Position numbers and translations under genes: made by a program
In this document: positions 19,795 through 28,523 of the stretch, piece by piece
How positions within the stretch are numbered: position 1 is the first letter of the stretch
How the letters are laid out: every line of letters starts with the position of its first letter
Notes under the pieces: model-generated
What the model was told of the DNA's origin: nothing
The model's database searches: none
What the model saw: the letters and a program-made list of their open reading frames with translations, nothing else
Source: a virus
Direction: 5' to 3' (one strand)
Length of the DNA stretch: 64,000 nucleotides
IMG/VR virus record: IMGVR_UViG_3300025154_000006
Span: 1-64,000 of that record

Positions 19795-20184
19795 ATGAAA
19801 AATCCGCTTAGACATTATCACACATGGTCAGAAATAGTGATCGGCCATGGACTTGCTGCAAAGTTACGCATTTGCAAATGTGGCTATCAAGAAACATTTC
19901 TTTTTGACCGAACCAAACACGCCTTTGTATGGACGCCGGGCAATTTCTTAGAAGATTATACAAGTCACATATTTGTTGTTGCTGGAACATACGAAACTTG
20001 GCTAAAATCTGTACAGTTTCTAAATGATACTTTCAAAGATACAGAAGTTCGACGAATAGAAGGAGAATATGATCTCAACGAAATGTTGAAATTGATCGTT
20101 CCAAGGATATATCTTACAGAGGACTGGTTCGAGAGTGATTTAATTTCAAATCCGAAACTTAGGGTCATACTTATGTATCGTTAG
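19795..20184 (+). CDS. hypothetical protein
   Basis: Co-oriented ORF; H.W..C.CG. Confidence 0.5.
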   Translation: MKNPLRHYHTWSEIVIGHGLAAKLRICKCGYQETFLFDRTKHAFVWTPGNFLEDYTSHIFVVAGTYETWLKSVQFLNDTFKDTEVRRIEGEYDLNEMLKLIVPRIYLTEDWFESDLISNPKLRVILMYR

Positions 20185-20196
20185 GAGAGAAAACAA

Positions 20197-20481
20197 ATGA
20201 GAGGCATGCATTATTGCAAGAAACACAAAAGTAATTATTTCGATGGCGACGGTTGTCTAGATTGTTATTTTGAAAGGCTAGATAAAAAGGCCGCCACTAT
20301 GTCGTTGCCAGACCGACTAGAAGACGAAGAACTCTATATCGATGCCGGTGACGAGGCCGCAGTTAAACTTAGACAACACTATGACTTTGTAGACACTATT
20401 CTTGGTCGTGTTTCTGCTGGCGATACGTTTATTCCGTTGTGGGTTTTTCAAAAAGCACAAACATTACAGAAAACGAGGTAA
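20197..20481 (+). CDS. hypothetical protein
   Basis: RBS aggag. Confidence 0.6.
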   Translation: MRGMHYCKKHKSNYFDGDGCLDCYFERLDKKAATMSLPDRLEDEELYIDAGDEAAVKLRQHYDFVDTILGRVSAGDTFIPLWVFQKAQTLQKTR

Positions 20482-20485
20482 GATA

Positions 20486-20782
20486 ATGGCAGAACAAGTT
20501 TACGGTGCCGAATGGTGGGATAAAAAGAAAAGGCGGTGGGGCAAATCTCTGCGCCTGCAATTTTCTGATGATCTTTTTCGTGGCGATGACGAGTATTGGA
20601 CATGTTTATGCGGCGGAATTGGCGACAAGTGGGGTGTTCAAACATTAAGAAGTTTGGCGCTACTTGGTGCGGCTGTAGTACTTGCGCATGAAGGCGAGAT
20701 AGATTCTGGGATATTGCCACATTGTGTTCCAGCGCATATTCGCAACAAAATCAAAGAATTGTTGCCAGACGAGAAAGAATGA
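20486..20782 (+). CDS. hypothetical protein
   Basis: RBS gaggt, MAEQVY start. Confidence 0.55.
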   Translation: MAEQVYGAEWWDKKKRRWGKSLRLQFSDDLFRGDDEYWTCLCGGIGDKWGVQTLRSLALLGAAVVLAHEGEIDSGILPHCVPAHIRNKIKELLPDEKE

Positions 20783-21030
20783 TCTGCCCAATCTGCAAAG
20801 TTAACAACATCACCAAATCCATTAATCAATTTGGTGGCAGGATACCCATTTGTGGGTCCTGCCACCAGGAGGGATTAGAGTGGGCTACGGAAGATCCGTT
20901 TCTGATGAGAGAACTTGAACACGGATTTTCGCTTGACGAAGCGCTAAAGACTTATCACTGGTCTTTGCCACCAGACAACGATGATGAGTTTGTGAATTTC
21001 GTGTGGCAAATACACTTTGCGATTGATTAG
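20779..21030 (+). CDS. Zn-ribbon hypothetical protein (last + strand gene before convergence)
   Basis: CPIC..CGSC; stop overlaps the stop of the convergent gene. Confidence 0.55.
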   Translation: MICPICKVNNITKSINQFGGRIPICGSCHQEGLEWATEDPFLMRELEHGFSLDEALKTYHWSLPPDNDDEFVNFVWQIHFAID

Positions 21031-21926
21031 GTTGCTCGTATCGAGACTTTCTTGATATTGCTTTCTTTGGTGGTTCCTCTGCCGGTGGCGCCACAAGAGG
21101 AACACCGAAAACCGCTCCACAAGCCTTGAGGTGTTTGATATTGCACGGACCAAGAAAGATTATCGCTTTCGCATTTCGGACACATATCTTTATCATGCTC
21201 TGTGAAAATGTTGAGATTGGGATGACCTGGTATCCACGGAAGAAATCTTAGATAGACATCCTCAAGCAATGGCGCAACGTCCCGTTTGCAGTATTTGAGC
21301 ATTTTCTCCAACCCGTCTTTACTTCCCTCGGCACAGACGTCCCAATCTTCAATGGTCATCTTTGTTTTTCCACCAATCCCAAGAACGGTCTTTCCTAATT
21401 CGTCTAAGCTATTTGAGGTAAATGCAAACTTCTCTCTCGCAACCTTGAGGGTATCTACGATAGAATAAAATGATGGGGGCGGATAGTTATATTTGAGAAA
21501 CTTTGTGTTTAGGCGCTTAAAATCAAACTCGCGACCATTTTGTGTAATAATTATATCGGCTTGATCCATTAGTTTCCATATTCCGCTAAGTATACTTCCC
21601 TCTTCTCTTGCAATTGCTTCTTTCGGAGTAACAATTTCTCCCATTATTTCTGGTTCAAACAACCACTTTGCCGCCCAACAGAGAATTGACCAGTCTTTGA
21701 CTATACGGTTTGGTTGAATATATTCTGTTTTTAGGCTCCAAATACCGCGTACTTCCATATACAGGGTTTCTATATCAAGCAATAGTATCTTGGCAGTTCT
21801 TGGGTGGCGGGATTCCAGGCTTTGATATTTATGACATTTTGGACACTGATATTGTTCTTTATTGGTTAAATCTCTGGGGTTTCTTCGTTTCCACAACGTT
21901 ATATGTTCGCAGTATTTACACTTCAT
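21027..21926 (-). CDS. DEDD/RNase H-like 3'-5' exonuclease with Zn ribbons
   Basis: LLDIET, TQNG.EFD, VDTL, YCKRDV; C-terminal CPKC..CSSCG. Confidence 0.85.
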   Translation of the reverse strand: MKCKYCEHITLWKRRNPRDLTNKEQYQCPKCHKYQSLESRHPRTAKILLLDIETLYMEVRGIWSLKTEYIQPNRIVKDWSILCWAAKWLFEPEIMGEIVTPKEAIAREEGSILSGIWKLMDQADIIITQNGREFDFKRLNTKFLKYNYPPPSFYSIVDTLKVAREKFAFTSNSLDELGKTVLGIGGKTKMTIEDWDVCAEGSKDGLEKMLKYCKRDVAPLLEDVYLRFLPWIPGHPNLNIFTEHDKDMCPKCESDNLSWSVQYQTPQGLWSGFRCSSCGATGRGTTKESNIKKVSIRAT

Positions 21927-21943
21927 GCTTTCCTCTCTTGTCT

Positions 21944-21980
21944 ACAAAGAAACAGGGATGGTAAAAACTACCATCCCTGT
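21944..21980 (-). terminator. rho-independent terminator after the lysis genes
   Basis: acagggatggta / taccatccctgt stem followed on the - strand by TTCTTT. Confidence 0.6.
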
Positions 21981-22020
21981 CAACGATATTGATTTGTGCA
22001 TGATACGGTTCAAGAAACGA

Positions 22021-22392
22021 TTAATCAATGCCGTTTTCGGTAAGCGAATAGCCAAGTAACGGACTATTGGTTTCAATTCCAGCATTGTGCATTGCGGGAC
22101 CTACAAACAATTCGGCGGCCTGGCCCAGAATAATTGTGGCAATGCGCAAAAGCGTTGTCAGCGTTTCGTCCATTATAGGAAAACTTGTAGACGGTGACAG
22201 AAAGAAGAAGATTGAAAAACCGACCATGCCAAGCAGGTTGATGGTACTAGCCCACCGTAAAGAAGTGCCATCTTTAACCAATCCGGGAATACGTTTGAGA
22301 AGATCAACAATTAGCGGGACCAGTACAGGAATTGACGCATTTCCCAGAAACCAGAGAAGAATTGAAAGTAGAAAATTGAGATCGAGTTCCAT
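22021..22392 (-). CDS. putative holin
   Basis: Small protein with about 3 TM segments downstream of the endolysin. Confidence 0.6.
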   Translation of the reverse strand: MELDLNFLLSILLWFLGNASIPVLVPLIVDLLKRIPGLVKDGTSLRWASTINLLGMVGFSIFFFLSPSTSFPIMDETLTTLLRIATIILGQAAELFVGPAMHNAGIETNSPLLGYSLTENGID

Positions 22393-22436
22393 TTGATTAC
22401 TCCTATATTCTGATTATACTACACTTTAGGGCAGAT

Positions 22437-22880
22437 TTACTTTGGTATAAAATTTAGATACAGGGTAATTGACAAACCTATACAGTTGAAAATAAAGCCA
22501 ACAATAAACACAATGATACCAACTGTAGTCGCAACTACCCATTGCTGGCGCGTTTGATCAGAAGAGCCGCGAAGAACGCCTCCGCTGGTTGCGCTTAGGA
22601 TTTTGCTTATTTCGTGTATGGCATTATCGTCTCTTTCAATTTTATTTTCAATTTCTTGAATTTTGTTTGAATACATGTTTTGAGAAACGGTTTCGGCCAC
22701 CAAATTGTTATGGTGTTTGTCATATTCCGCTTGGGCATTTTGGGCCTTATCCAACGCCCGCTCTTGTGCGGTAAATCTCTCTGTGTATCGTTTTTCTCTT
22801 TCCGTTTCGAGTTCGCGGAAAATCTCAAACTCGCGGAAAGTAAGATATTCCGTTTTTATATCGTTTTCGTCTTTATTCAT
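22437..22880 (-). CDS. coiled-coil protein with C-terminal TM segment (lysis cassette)
   Basis: Heptad pattern plus hydrophobic C-terminus. Confidence 0.55.
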   Translation of the reverse strand: MNKDENDIKTEYLTFREFEIFRELETEREKRYTERFTAQERALDKAQNAQAEYDKHHNNLVAETVSQNMYSNKIQEIENKIERDDNAIHEISKILSATSGGVLRGSSDQTRQQWVVATTVGIIVFIVGFIFNCIGLSITLYLNFIPK

Positions 22881-22910
22881 GGTTTCTGCCTCCGGTTCGC
22901 AGTACGAACA

Positions 22911-23327
22911 TTATGGTCCTTTGACAAGAACCAGGTTCTTGCTTACCGCAATCCAGAATCCAACCAGGGCAAGGATTACCGTAGTTATTAATGACGGAAG
23001 AATTTTGTCAACGATATACTTTATAACCCCGGTAAACGGGTCCGACCTAATGTCCAGATCTTTCTTTGTGAGCATTTCTTCGCGAAGAGCATTAATGTTT
23101 GATACTGTTTGCCGTTGTTTCCATACAAGTCCGTTTTCCACATCTCCATTACCAATGACTATTTTTTTCAACATAAGAACTGCATTCTCCAGGTCATCAG
23201 ACCTATTCTTTTCAATGTCACAAAACGGGAAGGACTGAATCCTCGAGAATGCTACTGAAATAGCGTCTTCGATCACTTTTGTTAGGCGGGTTTCTTCGTT
23301 GATTTGCTTTTGTGTTAATGCTGCCAT
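22911..23327 (-). CDS. membrane protein (lysis cassette)
   Basis: IGNG...GL motif plus C-terminal TM segment. Confidence 0.55.
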   Translation of the reverse strand: MAALTQKQINEETRLTKVIEDAISVAFSRIQSFPFCDIEKNRSDDLENAVLMLKKIVIGNGDVENGLVWKQRQTVSNINALREEMLTKKDLDIRSDPFTGVIKYIVDKILPSLITTVILALVGFWIAVSKNLVLVKGP

Positions 23328-23330
23328 TTT

Positions 23331-24035
23331 TTACTCCGAGTAGGGAATTATTGCAGAAGTTCTTATTGTATTTATTTTACAGTGAAATCCATCAATTATC
23401 GCCGTTTTGCCACTATTGGAAAATAACGGAGTTCCGAAATTGTAGTCCCATGGACTGGTCGAGCCGTCTGGGTGAACATCCCAAGCGGTGTGCCATAACC
23501 ACCGAGGTAACGCAACTGCGAGAGTTTTTGCTTGCGATATAGTTAACGTAGTAAGATAATCATAATCCAGACACCAAATTTTCAAGCTTTCTTTGCCGTT
23601 AACGTATACCGTTTTTGGATCTGCTATTCTGAAAATGTTTTCGCCAGGACAAGTAACGCCCTCCGAACGCATCGGCTCGGCGGTTATGTTTGTCCCAAGG
23701 ATGAACGATCGCTTCGTAAAGCTTCCAAACTTGTTGGTAAATGCCCCGTTGTCACGCATCTTTGACCGCCAATACGTCAGACTTTCCCCGCTTGCTACAA
23801 ACGATGGGTGACGCCGCGCCCACGACCAATACCATAACCATTCAACGGGTTCAACCAGTGAGTACGCCTCGCCGTTACCGAGCTTTACGACCTCGGGAAC
23901 ATCATCGTTCGGATCGCGTGATTTATATCCATATTCAATACGTTCTCGATCATGCAAACCGATGTAATAGATCTCGGGCGCAGACGGAATTTGATCGGTA
24001 GACACAGAAAGATACAGGTTTATATTGGTAATCAT
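23331..24035 (-). CDS. hypothetical Trp-rich protein coupled to the endolysin
   Basis: ATGA overlap with the endolysin stop. Confidence 0.6.
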   Translation of the reverse strand: MITNINLYLSVSTDQIPSAPEIYYIGLHDRERIEYGYKSRDPNDDVPEVVKLGNGEAYSLVEPVEWLWYWSWARRHPSFVASGESLTYWRSKMRDNGAFTNKFGSFTKRSFILGTNITAEPMRSEGVTCPGENIFRIADPKTVYVNGKESLKIWCLDYDYLTTLTISQAKTLAVALPRWLWHTAWDVHPDGSTSPWDYNFGTPLFSNSGKTAIIDGFHCKINTIRTSAIIPYSE

Positions 24036-25129
24036 AGCGGAATCAGGTCAAGCGGCTTGGTCGCGTAATTATCTGCGCCAATTGTAATGTGCAAAATTGG
24101 CAGAGATTGTTCCTCGGCGTTAATGTCCCATTCTTTACGTACATAAGATGTTCCGAGAGAACACCAGCACACGGGACCCGGCAGCGCTAAATCTTTTCCG
24201 GCACGACGTGCTTTCGTAAATCTAATTGACGTTGAAGACTTTTCAACGCCGTAAATAATATCACCGTATCGCAGAAAAGAAGGACCGATAACATTGGTGG
24301 TAGAAGTTAAATCACTTGTGTTACGAACATTCAGAACCGAACTTGCAACAGTGGCAATTGTAATCATAGTTTCTCCTTCGGGCGGGGGCGGAATAACGGG
24401 CGGGGGAAATTGAACACCAAAGATAGATTCAAATTCGCTTACGCGAATTAGATTTGTGTCGATTGCTTTTTTACCGCTTGTAACACCATATTGTGCCGGG
24501 TCTGCACTCCAACTGTTTTGCCAAATTGTCCACGTTTTTCCGCGACTTGTCCACGCAGACGGCACAACGGGTTCATATGAACCCGGCCTAGATAGCCACA
24601 ACGGGAATTGTGAAAAGAATTCTGTATTAAAGCCATTGTCGTTAATATAGTGGTAGTTACTGTATAACAGAAATTTCTGATTAGGTACTAATTTCCAATA
24701 TTCACGAATGACCGCTTCGTGGTCACTTCCTTGTGGGTTGGAATACCCTGGCGTTTCTTCTGCGTCTAGCGCAATGGTAACGCCAGGATAATGTTTCATT
24801 ACCTCCCAGTATTTTGCCGTTTGCGATATTGCGGAAATATTTTTGATTGGATACGGCCACATATACGGAATTGCCGCAATTTTCGACGTCCTGGCGCGCG
24901 CAAATTCCTCTGCGGCAAAAGCCTGAATCAGGGATCCGTTTACAATCTTTAGAATGGCAAATCTGGAACCGTTGGTGTATGCCAAATCGTAATTAATCGG
25001 TGTATAGTTACCGCCATATTCTTTCCAGTCGTAGTGAGCATGATCTGTACCAAACAAGGTTTCGTTGGCAGCATTTAATCGCAAAACATCCTGAACAGCA
25101 AATTTTACAATATCAAATATTTTCTTCAT
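24032..25129 (-). CDS. endolysin, GH25 muramidase-like with Pro linker and SH3b-like domain
   Basis: GTD, ALDAE, LLYSN, PLWLS, WTIWQ, IDTN; PPPVIPPPP linker; VLNVR. Confidence 0.8.
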   Translation of the reverse strand: MKKIFDIVKFAVQDVLRLNAANETLFGTDHAHYDWKEYGGNYTPINYDLAYTNGSRFAILKIVNGSLIQAFAAEEFARARTSKIAAIPYMWPYPIKNISAISQTAKYWEVMKHYPGVTIALDAEETPGYSNPQGSDHEAVIREYWKLVPNQKFLLYSNYHYINDNGFNTEFFSQFPLWLSRPGSYEPVVPSAWTSRGKTWTIWQNSWSADPAQYGVTSGKKAIDTNLIRVSEFESIFGVQFPPPVIPPPPEGETMITIATVASSVLNVRNTSDLTSTTNVIGPSFLRYGDIIYGVEKSSTSIRFTKARRAGKDLALPGPVCWCSLGTSYVRKEWDINAEEQSLPILHITIGADNYATKPLDLIPL

Positions 25130-25136
25130 TTTTCTC

Positions 25137-26234
25137 CTAGAACGGATAGCATCCGTAACCGTACACGCGGCTGGTTGCCGCCAGCGTCCAGACAGACACG
25201 TCTGCTTTTCGGAAGATCGCGTCGGTTGTTGTTTGTGTGCCTGTTCCGACTGGCAACGCGCTCGCGCCAGTATCGCGACAGTTAGCGGGGAATGGGATGT
25301 TGGCAAATAGACTAGCGACTGGCAACGGTATCAAGAAACTGTTGTGTGCCGTTCCGCCGAAACTTGCGCTCACGTCTACCGACCAGTGGCAGATTTCGTT
25401 TGCTGTCCACCACCTGGCAAAATTGATCGTGGACGATGCAATAGTCATGCTTCCGCCGCCCGCGGGAGTCGGCGTGTAATTGAAATAGGTCGGGAAACCC
25501 TCGGGGTTTTCAATGTACGATATAGCCGTGTCGGTCAACGCGCCTGCGGCCATTGCGTAATCGTTGTTGGTGATAAGTGTGATGGTAGTGTTCGGAGCGC
25601 TGTAGGATGATGCGCCGATGACGCCATACTCAAAACCGCCGCCCTGTTTGTATCTGATTTTTGTCCCCTTACGATAGGTGGCGGTCACGTCGCCCGAAGC
25701 CGTGAACGTGTGATCGCCTGTGCGCGTCCAGGTTGTGGATATTTCAAACCAACCATCGCTTATGCTAATTTGTTTCCATACTGCATTTCCGCTGGATTTA
25801 TCCAGCATGATGAATGCTTTGTCGTTTGTCTTATTTAGCCAAATATCTCCAACTAAGTACCCGCCAGTTTCGTCATCATTCACTGTCGGGTTGGTCGTTT
25901 TACCCCCCGTAATATTTGGAAAATACCCATGCAATGAGTTCGCAAGCCCGATAAGCGTGGCGTAGTAATCACCGAGTCCAGGATAGTATAAAGCAAACCG
26001 CTCAGTGGTAATTTCTGACAAGTTGTTAGAGAACTCCATTAATTCTTCCAGACTGCTGCCTCCGGTTGTTTCAACCGTAACCTCTCCTGTGCCATCGTCG
26101 GCGCCGGTGCTGGAAATAAAAATACCGCCGCCAGCTATAATTTTCGTAACAAGCGCGTCTCCAGAATCGGAAATATTAATATTATCTTTAACAACAGTGC
26201 CGTTTTTGATTTGGTTTTTTCCACGAATAGCCAT
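25137..26234 (-). CDS. tail fibre / receptor-binding protein
   Basis: PTVNDD..GY.VG.IW motif; G/T-rich beta structure; end of the tail operon. Confidence 0.7.
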   Translation of the reverse strand: MAIRGKNQIKNGTVVKDNINISDSGDALVTKIIAGGGIFISSTGADDGTGEVTVETTGGSSLEELMEFSNNLSEITTERFALYYPGLGDYYATLIGLANSLHGYFPNITGGKTTNPTVNDDETGGYLVGDIWLNKTNDKAFIMLDKSSGNAVWKQISISDGWFEISTTWTRTGDHTFTASGDVTATYRKGTKIRYKQGGGFEYGVIGASSYSAPNTTITLITNNDYAMAAGALTDTAISYIENPEGFPTYFNYTPTPAGGGSMTIASSTINFARWWTANEICHWSVDVSASFGGTAHNSFLIPLPVASLFANIPFPANCRDTGASALPVGTGTQTTTDAIFRKADVSVWTLAATSRVYGYGCYPF

Positions 26235-26245
26235 AATAATTTCTC

Positions 26246-27547
26246 CTAAAGGTTGTATTTTATTCCAAGATAATCATAAGTATCCTGTAAATCAACACCG
26301 CTCTTAATGGCGCCGTAAACTATTATTTCCGCAATATCGCCAAACAGATATTTTCCAGACGATGCGCCATCAACTTCTGGACATCCAATTGTATGAACAG
26401 AATCTCCGGCAGAAAAACCGGCGGCATTTACTCCCTTTGATATTTGATCTAAGAAAAACTCATATCCGGCGCCAGACGATCTTAGCTCAAATAAATGAAG
26501 TCCACTAAGCGGCATGTCTGCTGGATAACTCTCAACCCTAGATGTTCTAAAACAACCAAGATAACCGGAGTTAGACGGAGAATAACGCCACCAACTGTCT
26601 ATATCGGTAGAATGATTATAAAGATTATAATATGTATCGTCAACACTGGCAACTATAAATAGGTGTGCTGATGTAGAAAGTAATGATCCAATACCGATAA
26701 TAGACATTTTGTCTTCACCATCAAAACGAACAACAGGATTCCCGTTAATAATATTCGTTTTCAGAACCGGACGATAAATTCCAGAGGCAGTAACCTCCAG
26801 GGAATTTGGTCCAGAATCAATCCAGGAAGATATGGGGTTTCCGTCGACAAGACCGCTTATTGCATTGGCATCCAGGTGCAAAACTAAATCTGCTTGTGGA
26901 ATAAGCGGCTGTATGATTGGCAATGTATTTTTTAAATACAGAACGGTTATTTCGTCTCCAGACATAGGCGCAAACGCCGTTATAAAACTTGTTTTTGTCG
27001 CACTTAAAATATAATCACTTGGCGTAAGAGCAAGGCCGTTATAAAAGACGATAATTTTATATGCCGCACTACCAATTTCAAATTCTGTATTTGATCCATC
27101 CACCTGGCTTGAAAGATCAACGTAAAATATCGATTTTCCATAAACGCCATATTCTTCAAAGTTAAGATGATAATATTCCGGCGACCCGCCGTCCCCAAAC
27201 AATGTGCCTCCTTGAATGCCGCTTAAATCATTGTGCTTTGTAGTATTTGTTCCCTGTTCAAGAGGAGGGGGGGCTTGAGACGCTTGTGCAGAAGAAGATG
27301 GCGAAGCAACGACAGTACTTATACTTAATTGACTTGTATTTGTATAAACTACCGGGAACCCGCTTTGGTAATTTACGTAAACAGCATCGCCAATTGACGG
27401 GCGTCCGCCAATGTATTTCAGGCCGTGTAGTTTTTCTCCACGGAAACTAAGTCTAACAGAAACATAGTTTCCAAGAACGTCTATTACAGACGCAGGAATT
27501 GTCTTTTGTTTTGTTATTGCGGTTATTGGCGCAAGAAGGCTACTCAT
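26246..27547 (-). CDS. tail protein with C-terminal LamG/concanavalin-like domain
   Basis: HNDLSGIQGG..YYHL; LHLDA..W.D.G..P.L...NG.PVVRFDG..GDIAEIIVY. Confidence 0.75.
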   Translation of the reverse strand: MSSLLAPITAITKQKTIPASVIDVLGNYVSVRLSFRGEKLHGLKYIGGRPSIGDAVYVNYQSGFPVVYTNTSQLSISTVVASPSSSAQASQAPPPLEQGTNTTKHNDLSGIQGGTLFGDGGSPEYYHLNFEEYGVYGKSIFYVDLSSQVDGSNTEFEIGSAAYKIIVFYNGLALTPSDYILSATKTSFITAFAPMSGDEITVLYLKNTLPIIQPLIPQADLVLHLDANAISGLVDGNPISSWIDSGPNSLEVTASGIYRPVLKTNIINGNPVVRFDGEDKMSIIGIGSLLSTSAHLFIVASVDDTYYNLYNHSTDIDSWWRYSPSNSGYLGCFRTSRVESYPADMPLSGLHLFELRSSGAGYEFFLDQISKGVNAAGFSAGDSVHTIGCPEVDGASSGKYLFGDIAEIIVYGAIKSGVDLQDTYDYLGIKYNL

Positions 27548-28523
27548 TGTTTCTTCCAGTTACAGACATTCTATAAAGACCGTTTTCTAATTTGACCTGA
27601 ACATCTTCAACTATTATACTTTCGATAATGTGCCTTTGTGTTCCGGTAGAAAAAAGATTGACGTTATAAATATCTCTTGTTTCAAGTCTTGGATCAAAAC
27701 GCGCGTTCACCGTAAACATTTTTCTTCGCTGACGCGCCCTTTTCTGGTAAATTGCAGCGGCCTCTAGGGCGCCAGAATCTAATTCGCTAAGTCTATACAT
27801 TCTGGTAACAATGCCGACGCTTTTTGCCGTTTCCTCGTCAATTGAAATTCCAACATCTGCCGAATAAACAATTCCATCAGAACTTAGTTGAGAATTGTCT
27901 CCGGTACTTTCGGCAATAGATTTTACATAAACAGCGTCAACCGCATCGCGAGTAGCAGAATAGGTAAACTCTAATTCTCTATTGCTAGAGTGCGTTATTT
28001 CTATAGGGCGTTGTTGAATTATCGACTGAATTGCGCTTTCTGTATTAGATTCGTAGTCTACAAAGATAGCTTCTCGTCTATCCTTTAGTTCTGTTCTCTT
28101 AATGTTTTCTACAACAAGCGTGTCTCCTCCGCTTCGGCCAAGAGATATGGTGACTGGACTTGGGTAATTTATATCGGCAAAAACATACGAATAAACCCAC
28201 ATCCCGTTACAATATACTGAGATATAATAATCGTAAAGAAAAACCCGAATTTTATAAACAATAGTCGAGTCGTTTCCAATTAGGTATTTTTGATTATTAA
28301 CAAAAGTAGAGCCAAGTTTTGTTCTTGTATAAATATATTGTTTTCCGCTTTGGTCGCCAACACCAACGTCTTTTGATATATAAATATAAATTTCCTCAAG
28401 AACATCGTTTGATTCCGAAAACGAACTTCGCGCGGTTATATTTGTTGATATAACCAATGCGGTAGCCGCCGATGGCGTAAGGTCAAAATAAATATCGAAA
28501 CCTCCATTTGTTACATTTGTCAT
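27540..28523 (-). CDS. minor tail protein (hub C-terminal-like)
   Basis: Synteny; DPRLE.RD motif. Confidence 0.6.
   Translation of the reverse strand: MTNVTNGGFDIYFDLTPSAATALVISTNITARSSFSESNDVLEEIYIYISKDVGVGDQSGKQYIYTRTKLGSTFVNNQKYLIGNDSTIVYKIRVFLYDYYISVYCNGMWVYSYVFADINYPSPVTISLGRSGGDTLVVENIKRTELKDRREAIFVDYESNTESAIQSIIQQRPIEITHSSNRELEFTYSATRDAVDAVYVKSIAESTGDNSQLSSDGIVYSADVGISIDEETAKSVGIVTRMYRLSELDSGALEAAAIYQKRARQRRKMFTVNARFDPRLETRDIYNVNLFSTGTQRHIIESIIVEDVQVKLENGLYRMSVTGRNNE

Noticed and set aside
25137-27547. Diversity-generating retroelement targeting tail fibres
   Set aside because: No reverse transcriptase and no adenine-variant TR/VR repeat pair were seen in the window.
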